This document shows, one piece after another, positions 39,022 through 48,474 of a DNA stretch of 64,000 nucleotides. Below the pieces are notes generated by a model. The model was not told the origin of the DNA. It worked only from the letters and a program-made list of their open reading frames with translations, and did not search any database. Positions within the stretch are counted from its first letter, which is position 1; each line of letters begins with the position of its first letter. Source of the stretch: an uncultured Methanosarcinales archaeon (GTDB lineage: Archaea > Nanobdellota > Nanobdellia > Woesearchaeales > SKGA01); NCBI GenBank assembly GCA_964428395.1, contig CAYRYB010000001.1, positions 8,847 through 72,846 on the forward strand. The letters are read 5' to 3'. Position numbers and translations under genes: made by a program.

Positions 39022-39846
39022 TTACGTTTCACCATGTCCTTGTAATCGCTTTACTTCAATACTTATCGCGTCATCTAAAATTCTGATTTCTCGAGGACAT
39101 TGTGTATATTCTAAATGATTGGTTTTACAATAAGCAATAATCTCATTTTTTTCTTTAGGACTATCAAATCTTACTATCACGTTAAATCCGTTATGTTTTG
39201 GATGAACAATTTTATGAGCAATCAAATCTTTTTTAATTTTTCTAGCACGTGCTATAAGAAATGCTCTTCGTTTTTCCAAATTTTTTAATTTGTAAGAAAG
39301 CGTTTCATAATCCATATCTGGTTCTTCCCCAAGAAGTTCTTTTGCTTGCTTAAAAAGATGTAGCTCGTTTGTTGCAATAAAACCTCCTCTTCCCAGATCA
39401 ATGGGTTTTGCTTTATTAAAGCTTCCAACAATAATATCTCCTATCTTCGCATTTTTTGAACCAATGCTTCCTGAAACATCATTAACCAAAAATGCATCAT
39501 TTTTTATGCAATAAGAATAAACAGTATTCATGTCATGATTAGCTGCATAGCCAGGCATGGAATTAAGAAGCAGAGCGATATCATAATCGTATTGTTCTAA
39601 TTCTCGTTCATAAATGAGCCCATCGTTAGTTACCATCTTAATAGGTTCAAGACCTGCTTGTTTAATATATTTCTCGTATGTGAGCCAGCCACCTTCTTCT
39701 TGATAAAGTACAATATGTCGTCCAATGTTTGCCACAATTTTCATGGCTGCTTTTATGGATTCATTGCATCTTGAAGTAAACCAAACATGTTTTTTATCCG
39801 TTAAAATTTTTAACATTGTTCGGCACTCTTCTCGTCGTTTCGTCAT
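39022..39846 (-). CDS. Short DegT/DnrJ-like PLP-dependent transferase-fold protein
   Basis: NDVSGSIG and SFNKAKPIDLGRGGFIATN resemble the DegT D.A.S.G and SF...K....GEGG...TN motifs. Confidence 0.65.
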   Translation of the reverse strand: MTKRREECRTMLKILTDKKHVWFTSRCNESIKAAMKIVANIGRHIVLYQEEGGWLTYEKYIKQAGLEPIKMVTNDGLIYERELEQYDYDIALLLNSMPGYAANHDMNTVYSYCIKNDAFLVNDVSGSIGSKNAKIGDIIVGSFNKAKPIDLGRGGFIATNELHLFKQAKELLGEEPDMDYETLSYKLKNLEKRRAFLIARARKIKKDLIAHKIVHPKHNGFNVIVRFDSPKEKNEIIAYCKTNHLEYTQCPREIRILDDAISIEVKRLQGHGET

Positions 39847-39926
39847 AGAAGGGTTATAAGCATCTATTGCTTAATAAAGGTTGTGTAGAACAAAGCTTAT
39901 TAACTAAAGAATCTTCTAAAAGTCGT

Positions 39927-40637
39927 ATGGCAGAGCAAGCACCAACAAAAACCAGTTCTCAAGTAAGAATGGGCTTGTATGAAGAAGCTGAGCGAGAACT
40001 TCTCTTAAAGCTAAAGCAAAAAGAAAAAGAATTAAAAACACTCCTTGCAGAGCTACATACTACAAGAAATTTGCTTGAAGAAGCCGCTCACGATTTAGAA
40101 TTGGATGAACTCAAAGAAACAACACAAAAAAAAGAAGTCCTCAAAAAAGAGATTCAAAATTTAGAAGAAGTAGCTAAAAGTGTTACTCAAGAACTTGTCA
40201 ATCGCAATCAACAACCATATCAAACAATTACGCAACAAGAATTAAATTTAGCAACAGGGTATGATGCCCGAAAAGATTTATACAATTTACTTTATAAAAC
40301 TCGATGGGACGTTGATGATGCAAAAAGATTTTTTACCATCACGCAAGCACATCACATGGCAAACGATTATGATTTTAACCCGCTCGTTCGCGAAAACCTT
40401 GACCAAACCTACAAGGTAATTCGTCAAGTTGTAGAACACCAGCAAGAACAAATTAAAGCAACCTATCAACCAACATTGCCAAGTCCTTCCACAATGAATT
40501 TAGAAACCACCCTTGCAGATGTTAAATTTTCTGCAAAAACAACAAGTAATACCTTAGATAAACTTTACAAACCAGCAACAAAAATAAAGTATGTTCCTGC
40601 AACACCAAAGGTTCTAAGAATTCTTAAGAAAAAATAA
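39927..40637 (+). CDS. Coiled-coil hypothetical protein
   Basis: Heptad-rich N-terminal half; start reassigned to MAEQAP. Confidence 0.7.
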   Translation: MAEQAPTKTSSQVRMGLYEEAERELLLKLKQKEKELKTLLAELHTTRNLLEEAAHDLELDELKETTQKKEVLKKEIQNLEEVAKSVTQELVNRNQQPYQTITQQELNLATGYDARKDLYNLLYKTRWDVDDAKRFFTITQAHHMANDYDFNPLVRENLDQTYKVIRQVVEHQQEQIKATYQPTLPSPSTMNLETTLADVKFSAKTTSNTLDKLYKPATKIKYVPATPKVLRILKKK

Positions 40638-40649
40638 AATTTGTAATAC

Positions 40650-40683
40650 TTATTTCTATGACATTTTTATTTCTATGACATTT
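40650..40683. repeat. 17-bp exact tandem duplication
   Basis: TTATTTCTATGACATTT x2. Confidence 0.85.
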
Positions 40684-40887
40684 CAAGCAAAGCTAACAAG
40701 AAGGTACTTTTATAAAGGTGTGCTTGGTTCTTTTCTTTGCTATACAAGCACGGGGTAGCTTTTTATGAAGGCATCCTCTATCCAAAACGTTTTGTTTTGA
40801 GAAACAACAGGTGATGTATGTGGCAAGAACAAGCAATGTTTTCATTGTGGATAATCTTTCTTCACATCATTCACAGAGGTTAAAAAA

Positions 40888-41370
40888 ATGGCTAAAGAAG
40901 CAGTAGATGCATTAATTGTTGGTGGTAAAGCAAGTGCAGCACCACCTCTTGGTCCAGCTCTTGGTCCAAAGGGAGTAAATATTGGTCAGGTCGTCGCTGA
41001 AATTAACAAAAAAACAGCTGATTTTGCAGGAATGCAAGTTCCTATCAAAGTAATTATTGATACGGACACCAAAGCATTTGAGATTGAAATTGGAACACCT
41101 CCAGCAACAGCACTTATTAAGCAAGAACTTGGTATTAAGAAAGCAAGTGGCACTCCTCAATCCAACTTTGTTGGCAATTTATCTCTTGAGCAAGTAAGAA
41201 AAATTACTCGCATGAAAGAAGGCGCAGTCACCGGTAAGGATGAAAAAATGCGTGTTAAAGAAATTCTTGGGACCTGTCGTAGTATGGGTATCACTATTGA
41301 AGGGAAAAAATCTTCTGAGATTATCTCAGCAATAAATGCTGGCGAATACGACAATACTTTTAAGAAATAA
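40888..41370 (+). CDS. rpl11: 50S ribosomal protein uL11
   Basis: GGKASAAPPLGPALGP, GTPPATALIK, ILGTCRSMG. Confidence 0.97.
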   Translation: MAKEAVDALIVGGKASAAPPLGPALGPKGVNIGQVVAEINKKTADFAGMQVPIKVIIDTDTKAFEIEIGTPPATALIKQELGIKKASGTPQSNFVGNLSLEQVRKITRMKEGAVTGKDEKMRVKEILGTCRSMGITIEGKKSSEIISAINAGEYDNTFKK

Positions 41371-41491
41371 ATACTTGCGTATAAACAATATTTTTATTTT
41401 TTATTTTTATGTTGTTTTTTATGTTGTTTTCTCTTTTATCATGCTACAATCAACATAAAAGTAATTTATTTGAAGAAGTATATACCATTGC

Positions 41492-42049
41492 TTATTTCAC
41501 AAAAATCATGTGCTTTTCATTGCCATCTAATTCTTTCATAATTCTTTTTATGATTAACTTTTCCGGATTAGGAATCAAGCTTACTCGTTTTTTTAAATCT
41601 TCATAACTCTTGAATGGATCGCCTCGTCGCTCTTCTATTATCATCCACATATGTTTCTTTCCAAGACCGGGAAGAAGCTCTAACGAGTGCATTCTCGTGG
41701 AGAGTGGTTGGCTCTTGTTGAAGAATTCGATAAATTCTGTTTCTCGTTCCTTTACTATTTCTCTAAGAACATGTTCAAGTTCTCCTCGAGCGGTTCCTGT
41801 GAGTTTGGAAAGAGGAATTTTACCAACAACATGGTGTATTTTCTCTCTTTTCTGATCACCAACATAAACTTCTTCGTAGGGTTGCAAGGAAATTCCTTTT
41901 CGAGGTATAAGCTCAAGAAGTGCAAGATTGTTTTTTCCTATAGCTTGCGCTATTGATGTTTTTAGATGACTTGGTCTTGTATCCGAAGCGTAGCCGTTTA
42001 ATAAAAAATCCAGCACTACAGCTTCTTCTTCTCGTTTTTTCTCTTGCAT
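41492..42049 (-). CDS. DUF655 putative RNA-binding protein
   Basis: AQAIGKNNLALLEL, STRMHSLELLPGLGKKHMW; eL21-Rpo4-DUF655 synteny. Confidence 0.9.
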   Translation of the reverse strand: MQEKKREEEAVVLDFLLNGYASDTRPSHLKTSIAQAIGKNNLALLELIPRKGISLQPYEEVYVGDQKREKIHHVVGKIPLSKLTGTARGELEHVLREIVKERETEFIEFFNKSQPLSTRMHSLELLPGLGKKHMWMIIEERRGDPFKSYEDLKKRVSLIPNPEKLIIKRIMKELDGNEKHMIFVK

Positions 42050-42161
42050 AATCCCCAACTCCTCTTGTATTCCCAAAGTCTCTTTTGTAAGTCATCCTTA
42101 TATATCTTTCTTTTTTAATGAGAAAAGAAGAATGAGAAAAAGAATTTTCGGGTTAACGTAC

Positions 42162-42515
42162 TTATTTTTTCGGTTGAAACTCATTCACAACGTCAAAAAT
42201 ACGTTTTAGGTTTTCTTTTGTTATGGTTACAGTGTATCCAGAAAGGATCACTTTTAGATGTTCTGGGCTTTCTGGAAGTAAATCAGCTATTTTTATCATT
42301 TGTTGTTCTTTAAGTCGAGGAATTTGAAGTTCTTCGAGTTTTTTGATAAGATCTTTTACTTTTTTAGTGCTCAAACGCGATGTGTCGTTAACATATTCTT
42401 CAGTCTTACCACCTCTAAAGGTGAGTTCTTCGTCCCGTTTGTGAATTACTTTAACAATGTCTTTTACTTCACTAATGCTTATTGGTTTTTGTTCTAGGAT
42501 TTCTGGTTTGACCAT
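42162..42515 (-). CDS. rpoF: RNA polymerase subunit Rpo4 (F)
   Basis: KIADLLPESPEHLKVIL HRDC-like region; synteny. Confidence 0.88.
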   Translation of the reverse strand: MVKPEILEQKPISISEVKDIVKVIHKRDEELTFRGGKTEEYVNDTSRLSTKKVKDLIKKLEELQIPRLKEQQMIKIADLLPESPEHLKVILSGYTVTITKENLKRIFDVVNEFQPKK

Positions 42516-42526
42516 TTTTCTGTACC

Positions 42527-42817
42527 TCAGACGCTTCGAAGATGAACTGGATGTACGACAACCGTTTTTGCTTTTCCTAAATCATTAATTTTAATTTCGT
42601 AGCATGCACCTACCTTTTTTGAAATGGTTCCAACTTTACCATAAAACCGTGGAAAATACATTCCTTGCTGATATGCTGGTTCCGCGCCAAGCTTTACTTT
42701 TTCACCAACTTCAAATGTCTGCAAAAAGTTGCGAAGACTTACTTTTCCTCGTTGTGAAACGTTTTTACGCATCTTTTGACGTGTTTTTCGTCTAAAACCA
42801 CCTACTCTATCTACCAT
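42527..42817 (-). CDS. rpl21e: 50S ribosomal protein eL21
   Basis: GFRRKTR, GMYFPRFYGKVG, VVHPVHL. Confidence 0.95.
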   Translation of the reverse strand: MVDRVGGFRRKTRQKMRKNVSQRGKVSLRNFLQTFEVGEKVKLGAEPAYQQGMYFPRFYGKVGTISKKVGACYEIKINDLGKAKTVVVHPVHLRSV

Positions 42818-42879
42818 TGTTCTGTCCTCAGGAAATCATAATTTCTTTATAAAGCTTTGTCAAACTCTTTGTTAAACCT

Positions 42880-43446
42880 TTAATGCAAGCGGTTACTATT
42901 CGCCTTTTGTGTTGGCCGTACTTTTTCAGCGCCAATTCCTCTCTTGTGAAGACCACGACTTTTTCTTCCCGAGCTTGTCATACCTCGAAAGACTCGTCCT
43001 TTTTGCAAAGATATCCAATTCAGATTTTCATCTTTTAATACTGCTTTGCTCGTTCTATCTACCATGATGACTTCAAACCACTTATTTTGACCATCTTGCA
43101 AAACGAAATAGGAGTTTAGTACTTCACAATTCGTATATTTTCTTGCAACTCGTTCTTCTGCAACTTGTTGATACGATTTGTTCACTACTTTTTTTTGAGT
43201 GTTTGCTTTTGGTCGTCGACCACCCTTAATATCAGGTCGTACATGACCACCACGAGTTACTCGCTGTCGTACAACAAAAACACCTTGTTTTGCTTTATAA
43301 CCTAGCGATCGTGCTCTGTCAAGTCGTGTTGGTTTTAGAACGCGTAGGGTTACTGGTTCTCGTCGAAATTGCAATAAGTATTCTCTAATCGCAGTATGTT
43401 CTTTTGGCTTTTTCCAAGCCTCTCGAATATATTTATAAGCTCCCAT
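42880..43446 (-). CDS. rpl15e: 50S ribosomal protein eL15
   Basis: MGAYKYI, PTRLDRARSLGYKAKQG, EVLNSY, RVFRGMTSSGRKSRGL. Confidence 0.97.
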   Translation of the reverse strand: MGAYKYIREAWKKPKEHTAIREYLLQFRREPVTLRVLKPTRLDRARSLGYKAKQGVFVVRQRVTRGGHVRPDIKGGRRPKANTQKKVVNKSYQQVAEERVARKYTNCEVLNSYFVLQDGQNKWFEVIMVDRTSKAVLKDENLNWISLQKGRVFRGMTSSGRKSRGLHKRGIGAEKVRPTQKANSNRLH

Positions 43447-43624
43447 GCTTACATCAGCCTCCATTGTTTAATGTACTTCGTTTTCAGAGTTCAGGCAAGC
43501 TACGCCCACATTCAACTAAAAACGTTTGTAACGCTGGAAACCAATATTCGTTTATAAATGTATCTTCTCTACAAATTCGTGTAAAATAATGATAAAAAAG
43601 ACACTATTCAATAGCAATAGCATA

Positions 43625-43775
43625 ATTTAGGCTCCGTCCAGAAAAACAGCAAGGTACACTACGCTTGGTGCGTGGTTCTATTAAGCACGATTCATGCAGT
43701 GTTTATCAAGAATTTGAGAATCTCAATATGTCACCGCTTTAGTATTCTACAAAAAATCTTCTTTTTAGGCAGAGC
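43625..43775 (-). repeat. R1 structured repeat, copy upstream of rpl15e
   Basis: Aligns with 37462-37633 and with the reverse complement of 9164-9320. Confidence 0.9.
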
Positions 43776-43838
43776 AATAATTTAACAACATTTAAAAACT
43801 AAAGAATGCATAATGGTATTGTTTGGGGTGATGCAGTC

Positions 43839-44144
43839 ATGATTGAATTGGGCGGTAATATTACACTAGTTGGATTTAAAGAGCTTGGCTACGCAGAATT
43901 TGTTGTGGTAAAGAAGGTTGTTGGCAATTATGCTAGACGAATTTCTGATAAGCAAGAGTTTTCTCATCTTACAATGACTTTAAAACCTATTCACAAAATC
44001 AATGACGAAATATCCAAGTATGAGCTTAAGGCAAAATTGGAAATTGATGGCAAATTGTATAATGCAGAAATTGTAGAACATAATTTATTTGTGGGTATTG
44101 ATGGTCTTCTTAAAAAAATCATTGCACAGCTTAAACTTAATTAG
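43839..44144 (+). CDS. Small protein resembling the HPF/RaiA ribosome-hibernation fold
   Basis: Beta-alpha-beta-beta-beta-alpha pattern, YELKAKL.IDGK.Y.AE..EHNLF.GID.LL.K; GGTGA SD. Confidence 0.6.
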   Translation: MIELGGNITLVGFKELGYAEFVVVKKVVGNYARRISDKQEFSHLTMTLKPIHKINDEISKYELKAKLEIDGKLYNAEIVEHNLFVGIDGLLKKIIAQLKLN

Positions 44145-44326
44145 AAAACAACAGCAAAATCAAGAAGATATTTTCCAAAGGTTTTTCAATACTTCTTGTT
44201 TCTCAAACGTTTCATGAAAAAAACAAACAAAAAATAGTTATTAAAGGGAAAAACATACAAGTAGATTCTATTGATAGTCTCACTAGACTTAAAGGAGTAG
44301 AGCAATACGCTGTTAATGAAAGGACC

Positions 44327-44581
44327 TTGTTTCGTTACATACCTAGATTTAACGTTGTTGGACTTGCAACCACCAGCGAAGAAATAAAGAAGTATCGTGC
44401 TAACAATCCAAACAACATCCTTCGTGTAAAAACAAATGATGGTTATTTGCTTGAAGTGAAAGATTTCAAAGTAGTTGCGGGAATGAAAAAAACACAATAC
44501 TTAAAATTAGATGAAAATAATAATTTCATCGTAAGAAAACATCCACAATTACAAAAATTAGCAGCGACATTTTCTAAATAA
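44327..44581 (+). CDS. Small hypothetical protein
   Basis: 84-aa ORF converging on cca. Confidence 0.45.
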   Translation: MFRYIPRFNVVGLATTSEEIKKYRANNPNNILRVKTNDGYLLEVKDFKVVAGMKKTQYLKLDENNNFIVRKHPQLQKLAATFSK

Positions 44582-45815
44582 ACTTGTAGTCAGTAATTCG
44601 TTCTGCCACGAACTCATTTTGTAAAAGGTGACGAAGACAAGTTTCTGCGTTAACAAAGTCTCTTCGTACAGGAACATAAAGTTTTCCATTTTTTTCATAC
44701 ACGTCGTTGCCGTGCACTTCTTTAAAACGTTCTACCCCTTGAAAATTATCTAGTGGTGGTCCTTCTCTCACCATCATTTCTGATAAATCTTGGTTATCAA
44801 TAAAAAAGTAAAGATAACTTTTGTTATCATCAGCAAACCAGTCTGCTAGATGAATTTTAAAATCATATAATTGTAAATGTCTTTTCAGGAATTCAAATAC
44901 TTTCAGAACTTTTGTTATAACTACATCTTTTTTTCCTTTTTGGGGTGTTATTTCTATAATAAATAAATATTCTTCGGTTTGTTTTTTCTTTTCTAGTAAT
45001 GATTTATCAAAGTGTGGAAGCAGAAAATATTTCTCTTCTGGTTGCTGTAAAAATTCTTTTGCAAGTTTTTTAAAAAGAGCATATTTTTCTTTAGAAAGTG
45101 CTGCAGCTGCGTTTCTTTCAGGGTCGATAGGATCAATAACAACCAATGGTGAAATGAGTTTTGCTTTATTAAGTTCTGCGAGCACATCGGTATGTTTGTT
45201 TTCAGGGTCAATGATTGTTCGTTCTTTCCACGCGCTTGCATTGCGCAAAAGATTTTCAAATCCAGCATAATAAATGACTAAAATATCTAGAACGTGCCCA
45301 CTAAAACCATTGATGTAACTTTCTGCGCCGTAAACTTGTATTGCCTTGCAAAATTGTTTTGCAAGACGAACATCATTACAAAGTTTGGGCGTGAGATGTT
45401 TTTGTACCCATTGTACATGCAAAGGAGACATATCAGTGATATTTGTTGCATCCTGAGAAGAAGTTACATATTTTACAGGAACTATTTCAAAAAAATAACC
45501 ATCACGCATAAAATTAAAATAATCTCTTGAGCCGTGGACTCGCTCAAAAATAATTCCTAGGTCAGTAAGCATGAATTCTAAAAGGTCAGAGAGATTTTCC
45601 TGATCTGTTTTAAAACGCACAAATAAATCTATATCAAAGTTTCCTGCAAGATGTGTTCCTTTTGCCGTACTTCCTCCTAAAAGAACTTCTACACTAAGTC
45701 CTGCACGTTCTGCAGCTTTTTCAAGTTGAAGGATTGTTTCTTGAATGACTGCTCGTAAGTTTTTTTCATCTTGCGGTGACGGTGTTATTTTTTGTAAAAT
45801 AGGAGAATAGTCCAT
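44574..45815 (-). CDS. cca: CCA-adding enzyme (archaeal class I)
   Basis: GGSTAKGTHL..NFDIDLF, VYGAESYINGFSG, DPIDPERNAAAAL; the tRNAs here lack encoded CCA. Confidence 0.95.
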   Translation of the reverse strand: MDYSPILQKITPSPQDEKNLRAVIQETILQLEKAAERAGLSVEVLLGGSTAKGTHLAGNFDIDLFVRFKTDQENLSDLLEFMLTDLGIIFERVHGSRDYFNFMRDGYFFEIVPVKYVTSSQDATNITDMSPLHVQWVQKHLTPKLCNDVRLAKQFCKAIQVYGAESYINGFSGHVLDILVIYYAGFENLLRNASAWKERTIIDPENKHTDVLAELNKAKLISPLVVIDPIDPERNAAAALSKEKYALFKKLAKEFLQQPEEKYFLLPHFDKSLLEKKKQTEEYLFIIEITPQKGKKDVVITKVLKVFEFLKRHLQLYDFKIHLADWFADDNKSYLYFFIDNQDLSEMMVREGPPLDNFQGVERFKEVHGNDVYEKNGKLYVPVRRDFVNAETCLRHLLQNEFVAERITDYKFI

Positions 45816-45896
45816 GGTATACTAACAAAAGAACGTTGTTCTTTTTAAACTTGACGCCAAAGCAATATTTAAATAGTACGTTCTCAGAAAAATAGT

Positions 45897-46241
45897 ATGA
45901 ATATAATTGCGTTGTTCGCTTTTCTTTTTGGATTGTTTATTCTTACGGCAATACCACTTCATATTGCAGTAAAGCTTCTCAAAGGGAGAACAAGAATTTT
46001 AAAAACGGCGGGTGTGAACGTGTTTATTGCTCTTATTACAGGCATCACTGAACTAGTTCTGATTCCTTTTGGTGCAATTATCACTTTCGTCTTAACCATA
46101 TTTTTATTTAAGATTGCATTTCATCTCACATGGGTAAAAGCAATCATTGTTTGGTTACTAGAAGGTGTTCTTATAGTGGCGTTTCTTCTCTTAGCCATTA
46201 GTTTGGGTATTGCAATTCCTCTTAGTTTAACACTAATGTAA
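45897..46241 (+). CDS. Small multi-TM membrane protein
   Basis: Almost entirely hydrophobic, ~4 helices. Confidence 0.75.
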   Translation: MNIIALFAFLFGLFILTAIPLHIAVKLLKGRTRILKTAGVNVFIALITGITELVLIPFGAIITFVLTIFLFKIAFHLTWVKAIIVWLLEGVLIVAFLLLAISLGIAIPLSLTLM

Positions 46242-46296
46242 AAAAAGAAAAAAAATAAAGAGATTTCAAACATTTAAAAATGCATCAAAAAAAGTT

Positions 46297-46596
46297 TTAT
46301 TCTTGATGGTGCTCCATTGATGCTATGTCGCTTGTTTCAGCAAACAAATATTTTTTTGTTTCTTTTGCAAAGTGTTCATCATGTTGACGAATCCATTCAA
46401 TAAGCATTGCTGCATGTTCTTTTTCTTCATTTGCATTGTGCTGTAATATTTTCTTTAATTCGGAATCAGCACAAGCGTCTGCTCGTTGATTGTACACATC
46501 AATTGCACCCATCTCTTCATTAAGAGAATCCATTGCTCGTGTCATATCTAAAGTTAACGCAGATAATTTTTGTTCATTTTCTATATTTGCCATCAT
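46297..46596 (-). CDS. Encapsulated-ferritin-like (EncFtn/Flp) protein
   Basis: RAMDSLNEE..AIDVYNQRADAC.D.ELK.IL.HN..EEKEHAAMLIEWIR. Confidence 0.88.
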   Translation of the reverse strand: MMANIENEQKLSALTLDMTRAMDSLNEEMGAIDVYNQRADACADSELKKILQHNANEEKEHAAMLIEWIRQHDEHFAKETKKYLFAETSDIASMEHHQE

Positions 46597-46657
46597 ATCA
46601 CCTTTTGGTTTTTATCATTTTTTCCTAGCAGTTCACCTGCAAAAAAATAATCTTTAT

Positions 46658-47338
46658 CTAACCAAGATAACTCATTTGTTTTTTATCAACTTCATCAGTT
46701 GTCTTGTTTGCTTTTTGCATGAGATCTTTTACTTTTGCTTCGAAAAGTTCTGCTTGCATCAAAAGTGGTTTCGTATCAAGATGAAACCCTAAGTACTTAT
46801 CAAGTGTTTCAATTATTTTCGCTGCTGCTCGACTGTCAGGCATATCAGAATGTGTTGGAGCAAAAAGACAACTCATTTTTTTCTGCCGCAAAAGAAGCGC
46901 TGCAGTCACGCCAACAATAACAGATTCAACAACAGGTTTAACACCAAGCTTTTCAAGTTTTTTGTTGTGAAAACAATAGAGTTCATCATTACCGTCTCCA
47001 GTCACTCCTTCAACAGAAAGTATTTCTTTAATTTCTAAATCCTTAACCAGCTTTTCAACAGCATTAGCTACTTTCCATTCATGTCCTCTAATATCTAAAA
47101 TAGTATGTAAAATAACAATGTTATATTTCTTATTGTAAAAGACTGCCATAGGATGAACAAGTTCAGACTTATGAATGGCTATTGTTGCAGGAAGTTCATC
47201 ATAGGTTAATTCTCCTATTTGTTCGCATGCCAAATGTTCTATTAAATATTCCGTAACAATAGTTCCTACAAGACCAAAACCAGGAAATCCTTCAATAAGC
47301 ATTGCGCCTTTCGGCTTTTTTCGCAGTACAATATCCAT
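46658..47338 (-). CDS. PAC2-family proteasome assembly chaperone
   Basis: IEGFPGFGLVGTI, PDSRAAAKII, KKQMSYLG C-terminus. Confidence 0.88.
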   Translation of the reverse strand: MDIVLRKKPKGAMLIEGFPGFGLVGTIVTEYLIEHLACEQIGELTYDELPATIAIHKSELVHPMAVFYNKKYNIVILHTILDIRGHEWKVANAVEKLVKDLEIKEILSVEGVTGDGNDELYCFHNKKLEKLGVKPVVESVIVGVTAALLLRQKKMSCLFAPTHSDMPDSRAAAKIIETLDKYLGFHLDTKPLLMQAELFEAKVKDLMQKANKTTDEVDKKQMSYLG

Positions 47339-47478
47339 TTAATTCCCACCTCAACTACACGTGCTCACATTCTTTCATTTAAAAAGTCTTTGCTATAGGT
47401 TTATAAAAGGAAATTAATTTCCTCAAGCTACTGAGACATAAAAAAACTGCTTTGGCGGTATGCATCTCGGAGGGTAAA

Positions 47479-47904
47479 ATGACTGAAATTAAAATAAATA
47501 TTGGGGATAAAAAATCCAAAAAAACGTTTAATAGAACGCTTTCTGAAGAAGAATTAACATCATTTATTGGCAAAAAGGTTGGCAATACGATTAGCGGTGA
47601 AGCGCTTAATCTTGCTGGTTATGAATTTGAAATTCGTGGTGGCAGTGATAGTGCAGGTTTTCCAATGAGAAAAGACGTTCAGGGTTTTGCTCGCAAGAAA
47701 ATCCTTATTGTTAATGGTGTTGGTATTAAAAATCAAAAGAGAAAAGGTCTTAAGCTTCGTAAAATGGTTGCAGGAAATACTATTTATGAAAAAACTGCGC
47801 AAATCAATCTTGCCGTTACCAAATGGGGAAAAGCACCTATTGAAAAAACTCCCGAGCAACCTGCTAACACTAAAGATGCTGACACTAAAGAAAAAGCTAA
47901 ATAA
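47479..47904 (+). CDS. rps6e: 30S ribosomal protein eS6
   Basis: YEFEIRGGSDSAGFPMRKDV, RKMVAGN, QINL; GGAGG SD before ATG 47479. Confidence 0.95.
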   Translation: MTEIKINIGDKKSKKTFNRTLSEEELTSFIGKKVGNTISGEALNLAGYEFEIRGGSDSAGFPMRKDVQGFARKKILIVNGVGIKNQKRKGLKLRKMVAGNTIYEKTAQINLAVTKWGKAPIEKTPEQPANTKDADTKEKAK

Positions 47905-48021
47905 TAAAAGAAAGAAAGCATAAAGCAAATCGGGTAATTTGTTTTTGACTAACTTAAAATTCATAAGAAAAAAATTAATCAAAAAATAAATTACAAGTAA
48001 AAAACAAGGTTATCTTGAAAA

Positions 48022-48474
48022 ATGATTCAAAAAACAAAAGAGCTTCCAATATGTGATACGCTTCACAAGCGAAAAATGGACGCATATATTTTAGGAAATA
48101 ATCATCCTTCTGAATTTCTTGAGAAAATTTATTTGCATATCATTAATAACTCTAATAGCTTTCCTAAAAAAAATAGTGATGAAGAGGTATTTTTTGGCGT
48201 AACAGGAACAATCAAATATTCTTCTCGCGCAATGCAATTTGGCGCGTTATGTGATTCTGGTGGCTTAGAAACTATTGCTAATAGGGTAAAGACTGCTTTT
48301 AAAAAAGAGAATTTTTCTGAGAATATAGCGTATGCTCAAAATAGAGCTCAAAAAGTTCGTTTTGGTATGCAAAACGAAAAAGACACGTATGTTAACATAA
48401 TCAGTTTTTCTGCATTTAACCCAACGCTTCCTTTTTTTAATCATACTGTTGATATTAGAAAAATAAACAAATAG
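48022..48474 (+). CDS. Hypothetical protein
   Basis: 150-aa ORF, no motif recognised. Confidence 0.55.
   Translation: MIQKTKELPICDTLHKRKMDAYILGNNHPSEFLEKIYLHIINNSNSFPKKNSDEEVFFGVTGTIKYSSRAMQFGALCDSGGLETIANRVKTAFKKENFSENIAYAQNRAQKVRFGMQNEKDTYVNIISFSAFNPTLPFFNHTVDIRKINK

Noticed and set aside
40740-40887. Short upstream ORF (MWQEQAMF...) or structured leader before rpl11
   Set aside because: Only a 21-codon ORF with poor SD spacing and a weak TGATGT/ACATCA pairing; not supportable without comparative data.
37462-43775. R1 or other repeats as a CRISPR array
   Set aside because: Copies are kilobases apart, with no regular repeat-spacer periodicity and no cas genes.
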